Of a stretch of DNA of 64,000 bases, positions 1 to 11,477 are shown piece after piece (the stretch's first letter is position 1; each line of letters opens with the position of its first letter). Under the pieces are notes generated by a model. The model was not told where the DNA came from, did not search any database, and saw nothing but the letters and a program-made list of their open reading frames with translations. Origin of the DNA: Eledone cirrhosa (Eukaryota); NCBI GenBank assembly GCA_964016885.1, contig OZ024743.1, positions 155,372,001-155,436,000 on the forward strand, in the 5' to 3' direction. Position numbers and translations under genes: made by a program.

Positions 1-1603
1 AACTTGCTACCGGTCGAACAGAAAGGATGCCGAAAGAAGTCCCGTGGTACAAAGGACCAGTTACTTATTGATAAGATGGTAATGAGGAACTGCAAGAGGA
101 GACACACTGGTCTTGCCATGGGATGGATAGACTACAAAAAGGCATTTCACATGGTGCCTCATTCTTGGATCACCAAAAGCCTAGAGATCTTCAAGGTGGC
201 AGATAACATCAGGCAGTTGTTGAGCAAAAATATGAAGTCATGGAAAACAGAGTTAACATCAGCACGAGAAATCTTGGGAGGCGAGAAGATCAAGAGAGGT
301 ATCTTCCACGAAGATAGTCTGTCCCCTCTGTTGTATGTCCTTGCCATGTTGCCTCTGACCCTTATACTGCGAAAAGTGAGAGCAGGATACAAGTTGGGAA
401 AGGGAGAGCTTACCATCAATCACATCCTCTTCATGGACGATCTTAAGCTCTTCGGGAAGAGTGAGAAGGAGTTGGATGTGCTTGTTGACACTGTCCGTAT
501 TTTCAGCAAAGATGTATGTATGCAATTTGGTATTAGTAAGTGGGGAGTCCTTGTGATGAAAAGGGGTTAATTGAGCAGATAAAGGAAATTGACACCGAAG
601 AAGGATACAAGTATCTGGGTATTCTGGAGGCTGATGGCATCAAGAACAAAAAAATGAAGGAATTGATAAGATCTGAATACATTCGGAGAGTAAGGAGCGT
701 ATTAAAGTCACATCTGAACAGTAGGAATGCCATAAGTGCAGTAAATTCCCGAGCTGTGTCTATTATTAGGTACAGTGCGGGAATTCTAAGATGGAATGTT
801 GCTGAAAAAATAGAAATGGATAGGAAGACTAGGAAGCTATTGACTATCTACATGTTCCACAAGAGGAGTGATGCCGATAGACTCTACTTAATGAGATCTG
901 AAGGTGGAAGAGGTCTTATCAGCATAGAGGAATGTGTTCAGATGTAGAAAAATAACCTCCACAAATACGTGACCGATAGTAAGGAGCCAATGCCCAGAAT
1001 TGTACTGAAGGAGAGGACAATAGACCAGGTGATGTCCAAGGAGGAAATAACAACGAGGAGAAAGAGCAACCTTCATGAAAAATCCCTTCATTGTACCTTC
1101 TTTGAGAAAACGGAATTCAGAGATGCACAGACATGGAACTGGTTGAAAAGAGGAGACCTTAAAAAGGCTACAGAAGGAATGATAATGGCTGCGTAAGAGC
1201 AGGCCCTCAAAACGAAGTGGCTGAAACACCATATTTACAAGGAGGAGGCTAGCCCACAGTGCAGGATCTGTGGAGAGAGAGATGAGACTGTAGCTCACAT
1301 TGTATCAGAGTGTAAAAACCTAGCCCAGACTCACTATAAAGGCTGGATATATGATGTGATGGGCAGGATTGTCATAGGCGCACTAAGTACTATCTCAAAA
1401 AGTTTCCAGGGATGGTTAAAGAAAATTGGCCCCGCCCCGCTTTTTGAACACTTCAATAGGCATGCTTGCTGGGAACAGCAAGAACCCTTCGATACGTTCG
1501 GAATATATGAGGCTGCAGGTAGTGGCTTGATATTCATTTCAAACACATTCTAGTTAACTAACATCAATGACTGAGACTCAAAGAACAATAATAATAATAA
1601 TAA
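1..1603 (+). mobile_element. R4/Dong-like non-LTR retrotransposon family A, decayed 3' part (RT, CCHC), ending in (TAA)n
   Basis: ORF fragments ([31 protein letters not shown]) are nearly identical to the 7970-11362 ORF, with stops and frameshifts. A deletion at ~1370 removes the PD..D endonuclease core. Same 3' UTR and TAA tail as 11363-11477. Confidence 0.9.
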
Positions 1604-4600
1604 CTGCCATGTACTACCCATCAAATACATCGAATACAGAACAGACATATATCAACTGCAAAAAGAAACATCCCGAAAACAGAGGCTATATTGACAGTAA
1701 CAAACTAGCCAATATACGAAGAAATATTGTAAGAAAAAAGTTACTAACTGATATAGAAATTGATCAGATCAAGCTATTAGCACAAAGTCAGCGAAGGGAA
1801 AATGAAACATGTGTCAGTGAAAACGAGGTAAACTGTAACACTTCGAATCCCAGGGTTGGGGCGGAATCACTGGCACCAGAACAAATTAAAGAAAGGAGCG
1901 AAAAAGTGGAGGGAGTGCATGCTCAGGATGAAACTCCAAATGAAAATAATGAGATCGTAAATGATAAAGAAATGAATGAGAACGAACTTGCCAACTTGAA
2001 GGATGAAATTATGATCGAATGGATGAAAATGAAAGAATCTGACATGGGGCAACGAGACACCCTCCCTAAGATCCAGAACTCCAAACAGAACCAAAAGATA
2101 ATACACAAGACTAACATAATTCTCAAAAACATTATCATCACAAACAAACTAAACATTACTGATTTAAATCATCTCTATTATGCATCGGCTAAAGTCACCA
2201 GTCACTTATGTGGAGTGAAAATGAAAAAATAAAGGAATTCCCACAAGAAATCTACTTGGCAAGAGAACATCAATCGCCGAATAAACCTTCTCCGATCTGA
2301 CATAGAAATATTAACAAACTATAAAGTAGGTGAACGAGTTAAACAAACTAAACTTAGAAAATTGAAAAAAAAGTACTGTATAAAATCAACATGTGACATA
2401 GACATGCTGATAGAAATAATCAAGCAAAAAGTGTCGGCCAAAGCTGCTCGTATAAGGCGCTTTAAAAAACGATCTAGATTCTATAAGGACAATAATATGT
2501 TCAAAAACAACCAAAGAAACTTCTACAGAAAAATTGGTAAGTCAACAATAACTGCTAAATCAATACCACCCAAGGAGGAAGTGCAAGAATTCTGGGAAAA
2601 GATCTGGTCCGAAGAAAAAGTTCATAACATACATGCCCCATGGATAGACAGACAAATGAAAGATACAGCTCACCTTGAGGAACAAACATGGGAAAATATA
2701 ACAGTTGAACAGTTGCGCTTGGCTCTAAGTAAAACCAGCAAATGGAAATCCCCAGGAAAAGACAAAATACAAAAGATTTGGATAAATGCCTTCACAGAGT
2801 CTCATGAGCTGTTAGCCCAACTTTACAATGAAATAGTTAAGGAGCCAGAAAAGATACCTTCATGGCTAGTTAACGGCATTACATTCCTGCTTCCGAAGAA
2901 TGATGAGACAAACAATCCCAAAAGTTACAGACCGATAACTTGCTTGACCACAATGTATAAAATTTTAACATCAGTCCTAACTGAATACACATATGACCAC
3001 CTGATAACAAATGACCTATTCCCCATTGAGCAGAAAGGGTGTAAACGAGGCTCATATGGCTGTAAGGATCAGCTTCTGGTTAACAAAATGATACTGGAAG
3101 ATTGTCATAATAGACACAAAAATCTATCGATTGCTTGGATAGATTATAAAAAAGCATTTGATAGTTTGCCACACAGTTGTATTGAATAATGTTTAGAGAT
3201 TTTCAAAGTATCCCCCGTTGTCAGGAGGTTTTTGTCATTCAGTATGAAGACATGGAAAACGACACTCCTTTTGAATAGTGAAACAAAATCAATGGAACCT
3301 GGAGAAGTTAATATTAATTGTGGAATGTTTCAGGGTGACTCTTTATCACCGCTTTTATTCTGCATCGCATTTAAACCATTAAGTAAAATGCTCAATGAAA
3401 CAAGACGTGGATATAAAGTATATGACAAAACCGTTAATCACCTGTTCTACATGGATGACCTGAAACTATTTGCAAAAAAATGATGAACAATTGCAAGGGC
3501 TATTATCCACTGTGAAGCAGTTCAGTGATGACATTAAAATGGAGTTTGGACTAGATAAATACGCCAAAGCAACGTTCACCAGAGGAAAGCTGCTGAAGAG
3601 TTCAGACATTAATCTTGATCGGGGGAACGTGGTAAGAGAACTTGATCAAGAAAAAACTTACAAATATCTAGGTGTTTGTGAAGGAGACGGAATCAAGCAC
3701 TTGACAATGAGGGAAAGGATAAGGAAGGAATGTTACCGCAGAGTAAGTGAAAACTTAAGGACGGAATTGAATGCAAGGAATAGGATCGATGCCATAAACA
3801 CGCTTGCCATACCAGTAGTAACCTACAGTTACAATGTCATCAACTGGTCAAGCACATAAATCCGTAGGCTCGATACAAAAATTCGAAAATTCTTAACCAT
3901 GCACAGAATGCATCACCCTAAGGCAGATATAGATAGAATATATCTCCCTAGGAAAGAAGGAGGACGTGGGTTAATCCAGTTAGACATTGCGTTGAAAACT
4001 GCAACAATTGGATTATCTACATATCTAAGGGAATCACATGATTGGATGATCAAACTCGTTTTGAAACACCAAAGCATCAAAAGATCATATTCCATTACAA
4101 AAGATGCACAAATATACAGTAACGGACTACAAATTTCAGAAGTCCCATTTACTGCTGAAATGGAAAACACAGAAAAAGCAAAGCAGGTAAAAGTAACTGC
4201 AAAGAAAGAACTGCTACAGAAACTGGCTAAGAAATGGCAAGAAAAGCCTATGTATGGAAAATACCCAGAGCGAGTTAACAATCCTGATGTTGACAACATT
4301 TTAACCCATCAGTGGTTGGCATCCTCTGGACTGAAATCGGAGACTGAAGGACTGATTATATCGGCACAAGATCAGTGTCTGCCAACAAAAAATTACCAAG
4401 CCAACATAATAAAATATGGGTGCAGCCCATTATGCCGTGTATGCAAAAAACAACCAGAGATCATTGACAATATAATTTCAATGTGCAGTCCTATAGCTCC
4501 AACCGAATACCTAAACAGGCATGACAGAGCTGCACAATACATACATTGGATAATGTGTAAGCATTTTGACCTGCCCCATCCAAAGAATTGGTGGGAGCAT

Positions 4601-5163
4601 CAACCACCTCCCATACTTGAAAAAGATCACATGTCAATCTTGTGGAACTTTAGCATCCAAACAGACCAAAAAATAGATGCAAACAGACCTGATATAATAT
4701 TGAAAGACTTTCAAAAGAGGGTATGCCTGCTAATTGATATGTCTGTTCCAATAGACAAGAATGTATCTATAAAAACATTTGAAAAATTGAGCAAGTATAA
4801 GGACCTGGAGATAGAAATTGCAAAAATGTGGAAATTGAGAACTAAAACAATACCAGTGGTTGTGGGCGCTCTGGGATTGATACATAAGGGGTCTAATGAT
4901 TACATATCGCAAATCCCAGGAAACCCGCGTATAGGAGAAATACAAAAGATAGTACTAATGGGAACTGCCCATATACTAAGGAAGATTCTGTCAATATAAG
5001 TACATCACAAGTCTAAACACTAAAGATGCATGTGTGAATATGTATGTTCTTTCTTGAACATGGCGGACCTTGTTGTCTCTTGAGGTCACTGGTTGTGACT
5101 TGGTGATAACTCGTATGAACATAAAGCAAGATAAATGCCACTGTAATAATAATAATAATAATG
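1604..5163 (+). mobile_element. R4/Dong-like retrotransposon family B, near full length, frameshifted, (TAA)n tail
   Basis: Consecutive ORF pieces from 1567 to 4999 carry WKSPG.D, YRPITCL, HLFYMDDLK, CRVC...RHD and RPDI..D..IDMSVP..EKLSKY (RT + RLE endonuclease). 3' UTR 5000-5142, then TAA repeats. Confidence 0.9.
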
Positions 5164-6040
5164 TTTTCTTTATTAACCACAAGGGTTTACATAAAGTAGA
5201 CATTAAGGACAGTACAGCACATTACAGGATGGTACAAATGCGCATTTCTGCGTGTAAAAAAACAGAGGATGAAATAAAATAACAAAGAAAAATTCCCCAA
5301 TAGGGGGGAGACTTCCAAGGGACATTTGTGGAGAAAGCCCAGTAAAAGACCACAGTGACCCTGACCACCAGGACAAGTGCCCTCTCCCAGTTTTCCACCT
5401 TTAATTTACAGACACATACTCAGAGTTTACCCCATTCACTCGGGTCATACTTGCTTCTCTCACCCATCTTTCAACAAAATGCTGGGAAGAGAGCACTTCC
5501 CTCTCTACCCTGATTTTCCTTTTCAAATGAAATTTGAAAATTTGATCAGGGCATCACCGAAGAGGTAAGTGCTCGTCTTCAGCCCTTTCAAACGTGTCCA
5601 CACATACTATCTCTTTGTCCATGGTCACTAGACATATATAAACTGCCTGCCCTTCCCGGCTTAAGGGAGAGGGCGGGGCAATCCTCACGCTGGAGTCAGC
5701 TGATAACTGGATCCGTCCTACATGTGACAGCAGGTGTTCGACATAAACCCACAAGTCAGCAATGCTTGGACACTGGACGAGTGCGTGCAGGACGGTTTCG
5801 TCGCCCTGCGCGCATCTCGGACATGCCCGGCTGACGGCACCTCAATGCCTGTAGAGTTTATACCGAACTGGCAAAGCTCCCCGGCAGCACTGCCAGGCCA
5901 GGTATTTCTGGAACTTGTCCATAGGCCCCAGCCCGAAAGTCCTTCCTAAGAGATTGGCTAGTTATTTTCGTCAACGCCTAGCGTTTCTCCAAGTACGTCA
6001 TCGATCTTCCACTCCACTAATCCTCTAAGGGGTCTACTGA
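5164..6040 (-). mobile_element. Tx1/L1-like LINE 3' fragment
   Basis: Minus strand ~5770-5830 encodes ACPRCAQGDETVLHALVQCP (L1-type C-terminal CCHC). The 3' end ...cccttgtggttaataaagaaaacattatta abuts the TAA tract. Confidence 0.75.
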
Positions 6041-6042
6041 TT

Positions 6043-6262
6043 AGTTATCGCACATCCCAGGAAACCCACATATAGGAGAAACACAAAAGATAGTACTAAT
6101 AGGAACTGCCCATATACTAAGGAAGATTCTGTCAATATAAGTACATCACAAGTCTAAACACCTAAAGATGCACGTGTGTGTATGCGGACCTTGTTGTCTC
6201 TTGAGGTCACTGGTTGTTAATTGGTGATAACTCATATGAACATGAAGCAATATAAATGCAAC

Positions 6263-6339
<77 letters not shown>
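6043..6339 (+). mobile_element. Severely 5'-truncated Dong family B copy plus long (TAA)n
   Basis: Matches the last codons (IPGNP.IGE.QKIVL.GTAHILRKILSI) and the 3' UTR of 4905-5142, followed by a (TAA)n run at ~6264-6339. Confidence 0.9.
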
Positions 6340-6342
<3 letters not shown>

Positions 6343-6416
6343 CTCTTAGTACAAATGCTACGTAAAGCACCCGGCTTGAGCCCCAAAAAATTCGGACCCA
6401 AAATATATTGTTATAA

Positions 6417-7400
6417 GGCTCAAATATTCAAATATTCAACTTTGTATTGTACACTGTATATCCAAAAAAAAATGGCTATAAATGGAAGAAGAAGAACCCC
6501 CCCCCCCTCCTCTTCTCTGGCTACACTATATAGGACAGCTAAACTCACCAACACCAGAAACTAGATACACCGCCCACCCCATCATCTGTGTACACTAAAC
6601 ACAACAGCATTTTCACCTTCACCGCCACCGCTCACTACGGCCATCATTACCACCACTATCCCATCACCGCCGCCACCACCCCTTGACTCCTTCACTGCTG
6701 CTGCCACCGCTACAGCACCATCACTACAGTAATACGGCTCAAATATTCAAATATTCAACTTTGTATTGTACACTGTATATCCAAAAAAAAAAAATAAAAT
6801 GGCTATAAATGGAAGAAGAAGAACCCCCCCCCTCCTCTCCTCTGGCTACACTATATAGGACAGCGAAACTCACCAACACCAGAAACTAGATACACCACCC
6901 ACCCCATCATCTGTGTACACTAAACACAACAGCATTTTCACCTTCACCGCCACCGCTCACTACGGCCATCATTACCACCACTATCCCATCACCGCCGCCA
7001 CCACCCCTTGACTCCTTCACTGCTGCTGCCACCGCTACAGCACCATCACTACAGTAATACGGCTCAAATATTCAAATATTCAACTTTGTATTGTACACTG
7101 TATATCCAAAAAAAAAAAAAAAAAAAAAAAATAAAATGGCTATAAATGGAAGAAGAATAACCCCCCCCCCTCCTCTCCTCTGGCTACACTATATAGGACA
7201 GCGAAACTCACCAACACCAGAAACTAGATACACCACCCACCCCATCATCTGTGTACACTAAACACAACAGCATTTTCACCTTCACCGCCACCGCTCACTA
7301 CGGCCATCATTACCACCACTATCCCATCACCGCCGCCACCACCCCCTGACTCCTTCACTGCTGCTGCCACCGCTACAGCACCATCACTACAGTAATACGG
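6417..7400. repeat. Tandem repeat, 3 units of ~320-340 bp
   Basis: ggctcaaatattcaaatattcaactttg starts at 6417, 6736 and 7061. Units are nearly identical except for internal poly-A and poly-C lengths. Confidence 0.95.
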
Positions 7401-7769
7401 TCGCGTCACCGCCACCACTGCCTCGGTATCGACATCACCGCCACCACTGTCTCAGTATCGCCAACGCCGCTAGTCTCTGCTGGCTACCACTTCCACATTA
7501 TAGAATTCCTACTACCAACAAAGAGGAAGGCATCAAAATATATAGATAGACTCAAAAGAAAAAAGAAAAAACAAACAACAAAAGCAGCACAGCAACAACA
7601 GTAAAAAACGAGAAAAACAGAGAAAAACAAAAACAAAAAAAGAAACCCCAAAAACGTAAAGAAAATAAGAATGAAGAGAGAAGCAGGCGGACGGACAGAG
7701 AAGAGGGGGGAAAAAGTAAAACTTAAAAAACAAAAACTAAGTCAGACATTCGAATACTACATTACAATG

Positions 7770-10700
7770 AAACTTATGCTTATTCATTTTTGGGGCCCTT
7801 TCTGCCCGTGTGTTTGTTTGTTTATGTGTGTCCGTATACAGCGTGGTGATAATGCCACACAAGGGCCAAGTGGGATGGCGGATCCACAGATGGCTATGTA
7901 AACATACATTCGCCAATCCTCGATAAGAGTGTTTAAATATCGAACATAAACAGTTCGAATAACGGTGAAATGGAGACTAGAACGTCATGTGACAGACTCT
8001 CACCCAACAGGTGCCCCCTGGCTCAGCAGCAGGAACCTGACTGTCAACGAAATACTGCTGATGTTGGAGGAAGAAGAAGAAGGAAAGGGGCCAGAACCAA
8101 CTGGACGAAAGAATTGAATAGAACTGTTATGCAATGCTACCTGAAAAGTAACCCCAAGGAGAGGGGCTACAGGAGACGGATGCATAACATCTGGAACGAG
8201 ATTGGTTTATTTAAATTAGATGAACAAAAATTGGCCGGGCAGGCTCGGGTAATAAGAACTAATGGGTGGATAAGCGAGCTGGAACTGGAGGAACTGAGCA
8301 GAGAGAATGGCTTGGAGATGGCGGGTGTAGTATGCCAGACAAGCGAGCCGGCGGGAAATGAAGGTGAGGAGGTCCTGAGAGCGGAGGAACCACCCGAAGC
8401 AGACAATGATCTGAATACTGAGATAAATAATACCTGGAACAGAGATACGGCCACTGAGGAGATGAATGCTGACGGGCTAGGACAAGATTCGGTTGACATC
8501 CTAAATTTAGTGGTAGATGAGTTGAACAATGATAGTGGGAGACCTATGAACCTAAGATTTGTAGACAGGAAAAAGTTAAAAGAAACAACAGCTAAGGTAA
8601 ACAAAGTCATCCCATACCTTGAGGCGAGGAGTCTTCACCAGTGCAACAATATCCTCAAAGCAACAGCAAATACGGTGAGGAAACTACTTGGTATAAAAGC
8701 GAGAGGAAACAACAGACAAGAAAGAGCAGAGCCGTGGTGGAAGAAGCGACTGAGTGGGCAAATCGGGGAAATGAGAAATGACATAGGAAAGCTTGAGTCA
8801 CTACTGAATGGGACACTAAAAAACATAGGCACTAAAAATAGACTGGAAATAAAATACAAAACTAGGAGTAAAAAGCTAAATATTATCATAGAGGAATTGA
8901 AGCAACGCATTGTAGCAAAGAGTGCCAAAATCAGGCGATACGAGAACAGAGTCAGTCAGTATAAACTGAACCGCATGTTCGACAACAACCAGAAGATGCT
9001 GTTTAGACAGCTTGAGGGGAAAGAAAGAGGCACCGACTTGATCCCTGGGGCGGAACAAGCTAAAACATTCTGGAGAGGAATATGGGAGCAGGATGTTAGA
9101 CACAATGCCCAGGCAGGGTGGATTGAGACAGTACAGAGGGAGATCGGTGAGCAGGCACAGCAACAGACTGATTTGAGTATCACAGTTGAAACTCTTAAGG
9201 GGCAAGCCAAAAAACTAACCAACTGGAAATCACCAGGCCCAGATGGTGTGCAGGGGTATTGGATTAAACATTTAACATCCCTCCACCCGAAGCTGACGGC
9301 CATGTTCAATGACTGCTTGGTGTCGGGTGAGGTGCCAGAGTGGTTGACAAAAGGTACCACAGTTCTGATAATGAAAGACCGAATCAAGGGTAATGATGTT
9401 ACCAACTATAGACCTATCACATGTCTGCCCGTAATGTGGAAACTGTTGACGAGCATTGTGTCTAAGGAAATCTACCATCACCTCCACACAAACAACTTGT
9501 TGCCGGACGAACAGAAAGGATGCCGAAAGAAGTCACGTGGTACAAAGGACCAGTTGCTTATTGATAAGATGGTAATGGGGAATTGCAGGAGGAGACACAC
9601 TGATCTTGCCATGGGATGGATAGACTACAGAAAGGCATTTGACATGGTGCCTCATTCCTGGATCACCAAAAGCCTGGAGATCTTCAGGGTGGCAGATAAC
9701 ATCAGACAGTTGCTGGGCAGGAGTATGGGGTCCTGGGAGACAGAGTTGACATCAACTGGAGTATCCTTGGGAAGCGTGAAGATCAAGAGAGGTATCTTCC
9801 AGGGAGATAGCCTGTCCCCTCTGTTGTTTGTCCTTGCCCTGATGCCCTTGACCATTATGCTGCGAAAAGTGAGAGCAGGATACAAGTTGGGAAGGGGAGA
9901 GCTTACCATCAATCACCTCCTCTTCATGGACGATCTTAAGCTCTTCGGGAAAAGTGAGAAGGAGTTGGATGTGCTTGTTGACACTCTCCGTATTTTCAGC
10001 AGTGATATATGTATGCAGTTTGGTATTGGTAAATGTGGAGTCATTGTGATGAGGAGGGGTAGGTTGAGCAGAAGTAACGGGATCCAGATACCAACAGGTG
10101 AGATGATAAAGGAAATTGACTCTGAGGAAGGATACAAGTATTTGGGCGTTCTGGAGGCTGATGGCATAAAGAACAAAAAAATGAAGGAATTGTTAAGAAC
10201 TGAATACATTCGGAGAGTAAGGAGCGTATTGAAGTCACATCTGAACAGCAGAAATGCCATAAGCGCAGTAAATTGCCGAGCTGTGTCTATTATTAGGTAC
10301 AGTGTGGGAATTCTGAGATGGAATGTTGCTGAACAAAAAGAAATGGATAGGAAGACTAGGAAGCTATTGACTATCTACACCATGTTCCACAAGAGGAGTG
10401 ATGTCGATAGACTCTACCTAAGGAGATCTGAGGGTGGAAGAGGTCTTATCAGCATAGAGGACTGTGTTCAGATGGAGAAAAACAACCTATACAAATACGT
10501 GACCTATAGTAAGGAGCCAATGCTCAGAGCTGTACTGAAGGAGGGGACAGTAGGCCAGGGGATACCCAAGGAGGAAATAACATCAAGGAGGAAGAGCAGC
10601 CTTAAGGGAAAATCCCTTCATAGTACCTTCTTTGAGAAAACTGAATTTAGAGATCCACAGACATGGAACTGGTTGAGAAGAGGAGACCTCAAAAAGGCTA

Positions 10701-11477
10701 CAGAAGGAATGCTAATGGCTGCGCAGGAGCAGGCCCTCAAAACGAAGTGGTTGAAGCACCATATCTACAAGGAGGAGGCTAGCCCACTGTGCAGGATCTG
10801 TGGAGAGAGAGAGGAGACTGTGGCTCACATTGTGTCCGAGTGTAAACACCTAGCCCAGACCCACTATAAGGGCTGGAGACACGATGTGATGGGCAGGGTG
10901 ATCCACTGGCACCTGTGCAAAGTAAACAATCTACCACATTCTGAGAAATGGTATGAGCATAGGCCAGAGGCGGTGATGGAGAACAGTCAGGTGAAGGTGC
11001 TGTGGGAATTTAGGATACAGACGGACAAAAAACTGGAACACAATAGACCTGACCTGGTGGTTGTGGACAAAGAAAAAAGATCGTGCCTGATTGTGGATGT
11101 GGCCTGCCCGTTCGACACGAGAGTGCAAGAGAAGGAGAGGGAGAAAATTAACCGATACCAGGACCTAAAGTGGGAGGTGAAAAGGATTTGGAACTGCCAT
11201 GAAGTCAAAGTGATCCCGATTGTCATAGGCGCACTGGGGACTATCTCCAAAGGTTTCCAGGGATGGTTAAAGAAAATCGGCCCCTTCACGCTTTTTGGAA
11301 CGCTTCAAAAGGCATGCTTGCTTGGAACGGCAAGAACCCTCCGATACGTCCTGAATATCTGAGGCTGCAGGTAGTGGCTTGATATTCAATCCAACGGACT
11401 TTCCAGTTAACCAACATCAATGACTGAGATTCAAGGAATAACAATAACAATAATAATAATAATAATAATAATAATAA
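7770..11477 (+). mobile_element. Apparently full-length R4/Dong-like retrotransposon family A
   Basis: Single intact ORF, short structured 5' leader (5' boundary approximate), ~75-bp 3' UTR, (TAA)n tail 11437-11477. Confidence 0.9.
7970..11362 (+). CDS. RT / CCHC / restriction-like endonuclease polyprotein of an R4-clade element (1130 aa)
   Basis: Myb-like N-terminus (NWTKELN..VMQCY). RT motifs WKSPGPDG, YRPITCL, IDYRKAFD, QGDSLSP, HLLFMDDLK. CRICGEREETVAHIVSEC, RHD, RPDLVVVD..IVDVACP..EKINRY. No internal stops. Confidence 0.95.
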   Translation: METRTSCDRLSPNRCPLAQQQEPDCQRNTADVGGRRRRKGARTNWTKELNRTVMQCYLKSNPKERGYRRRMHNIWNEIGLFKLDEQKLAGQARVIRTNGWISELELEELSRENGLEMAGVVCQTSEPAGNEGEEVLRAEEPPEADNDLNTEINNTWNRDTATEEMNADGLGQDSVDILNLVVDELNNDSGRPMNLRFVDRKKLKETTAKVNKVIPYLEARSLHQCNNILKATANTVRKLLGIKARGNNRQERAEPWWKKRLSGQIGEMRNDIGKLESLLNGTLKNIGTKNRLEIKYKTRSKKLNIIIEELKQRIVAKSAKIRRYENRVSQYKLNRMFDNNQKMLFRQLEGKERGTDLIPGAEQAKTFWRGIWEQDVRHNAQAGWIETVQREIGEQAQQQTDLSITVETLKGQAKKLTNWKSPGPDGVQGYWIKHLTSLHPKLTAMFNDCLVSGEVPEWLTKGTTVLIMKDRIKGNDVTNYRPITCLPVMWKLLTSIVSKEIYHHLHTNNLLPDEQKGCRKKSRGTKDQLLIDKMVMGNCRRRHTDLAMGWIDYRKAFDMVPHSWITKSLEIFRVADNIRQLLGRSMGSWETELTSTGVSLGSVKIKRGIFQGDSLSPLLFVLALMPLTIMLRKVRAGYKLGRGELTINHLLFMDDLKLFGKSEKELDVLVDTLRIFSSDICMQFGIGKCGVIVMRRGRLSRSNGIQIPTGEMIKEIDSEEGYKYLGVLEADGIKNKKMKELLRTEYIRRVRSVLKSHLNSRNAISAVNCRAVSIIRYSVGILRWNVAEQKEMDRKTRKLLTIYTMFHKRSDVDRLYLRRSEGGRGLISIEDCVQMEKNNLYKYVTYSKEPMLRAVLKEGTVGQGIPKEEITSRRKSSLKGKSLHSTFFEKTEFRDPQTWNWLRRGDLKKATEGMLMAAQEQALKTKWLKHHIYKEEASPLCRICGEREETVAHIVSECKHLAQTHYKGWRHDVMGRVIHWHLCKVNNLPHSEKWYEHRPEAVMENSQVKVLWEFRIQTDKKLEHNRPDLVVVDKEKRSCLIVDVACPFDTRVQEKEREKINRYQDLKWEVKRIWNCHEVKVIPIVIGALGTISKGFQGWLKKIGPFTLFGTLQKACLLGTARTLRYVLNI

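Noticed and set aside
7790-7930. Possible HDV-like ribozyme in the Dong 5' leader
   Set aside because: Hairpins are present, but I could not fit P2/P3/L3/P1.1 in the correct order.
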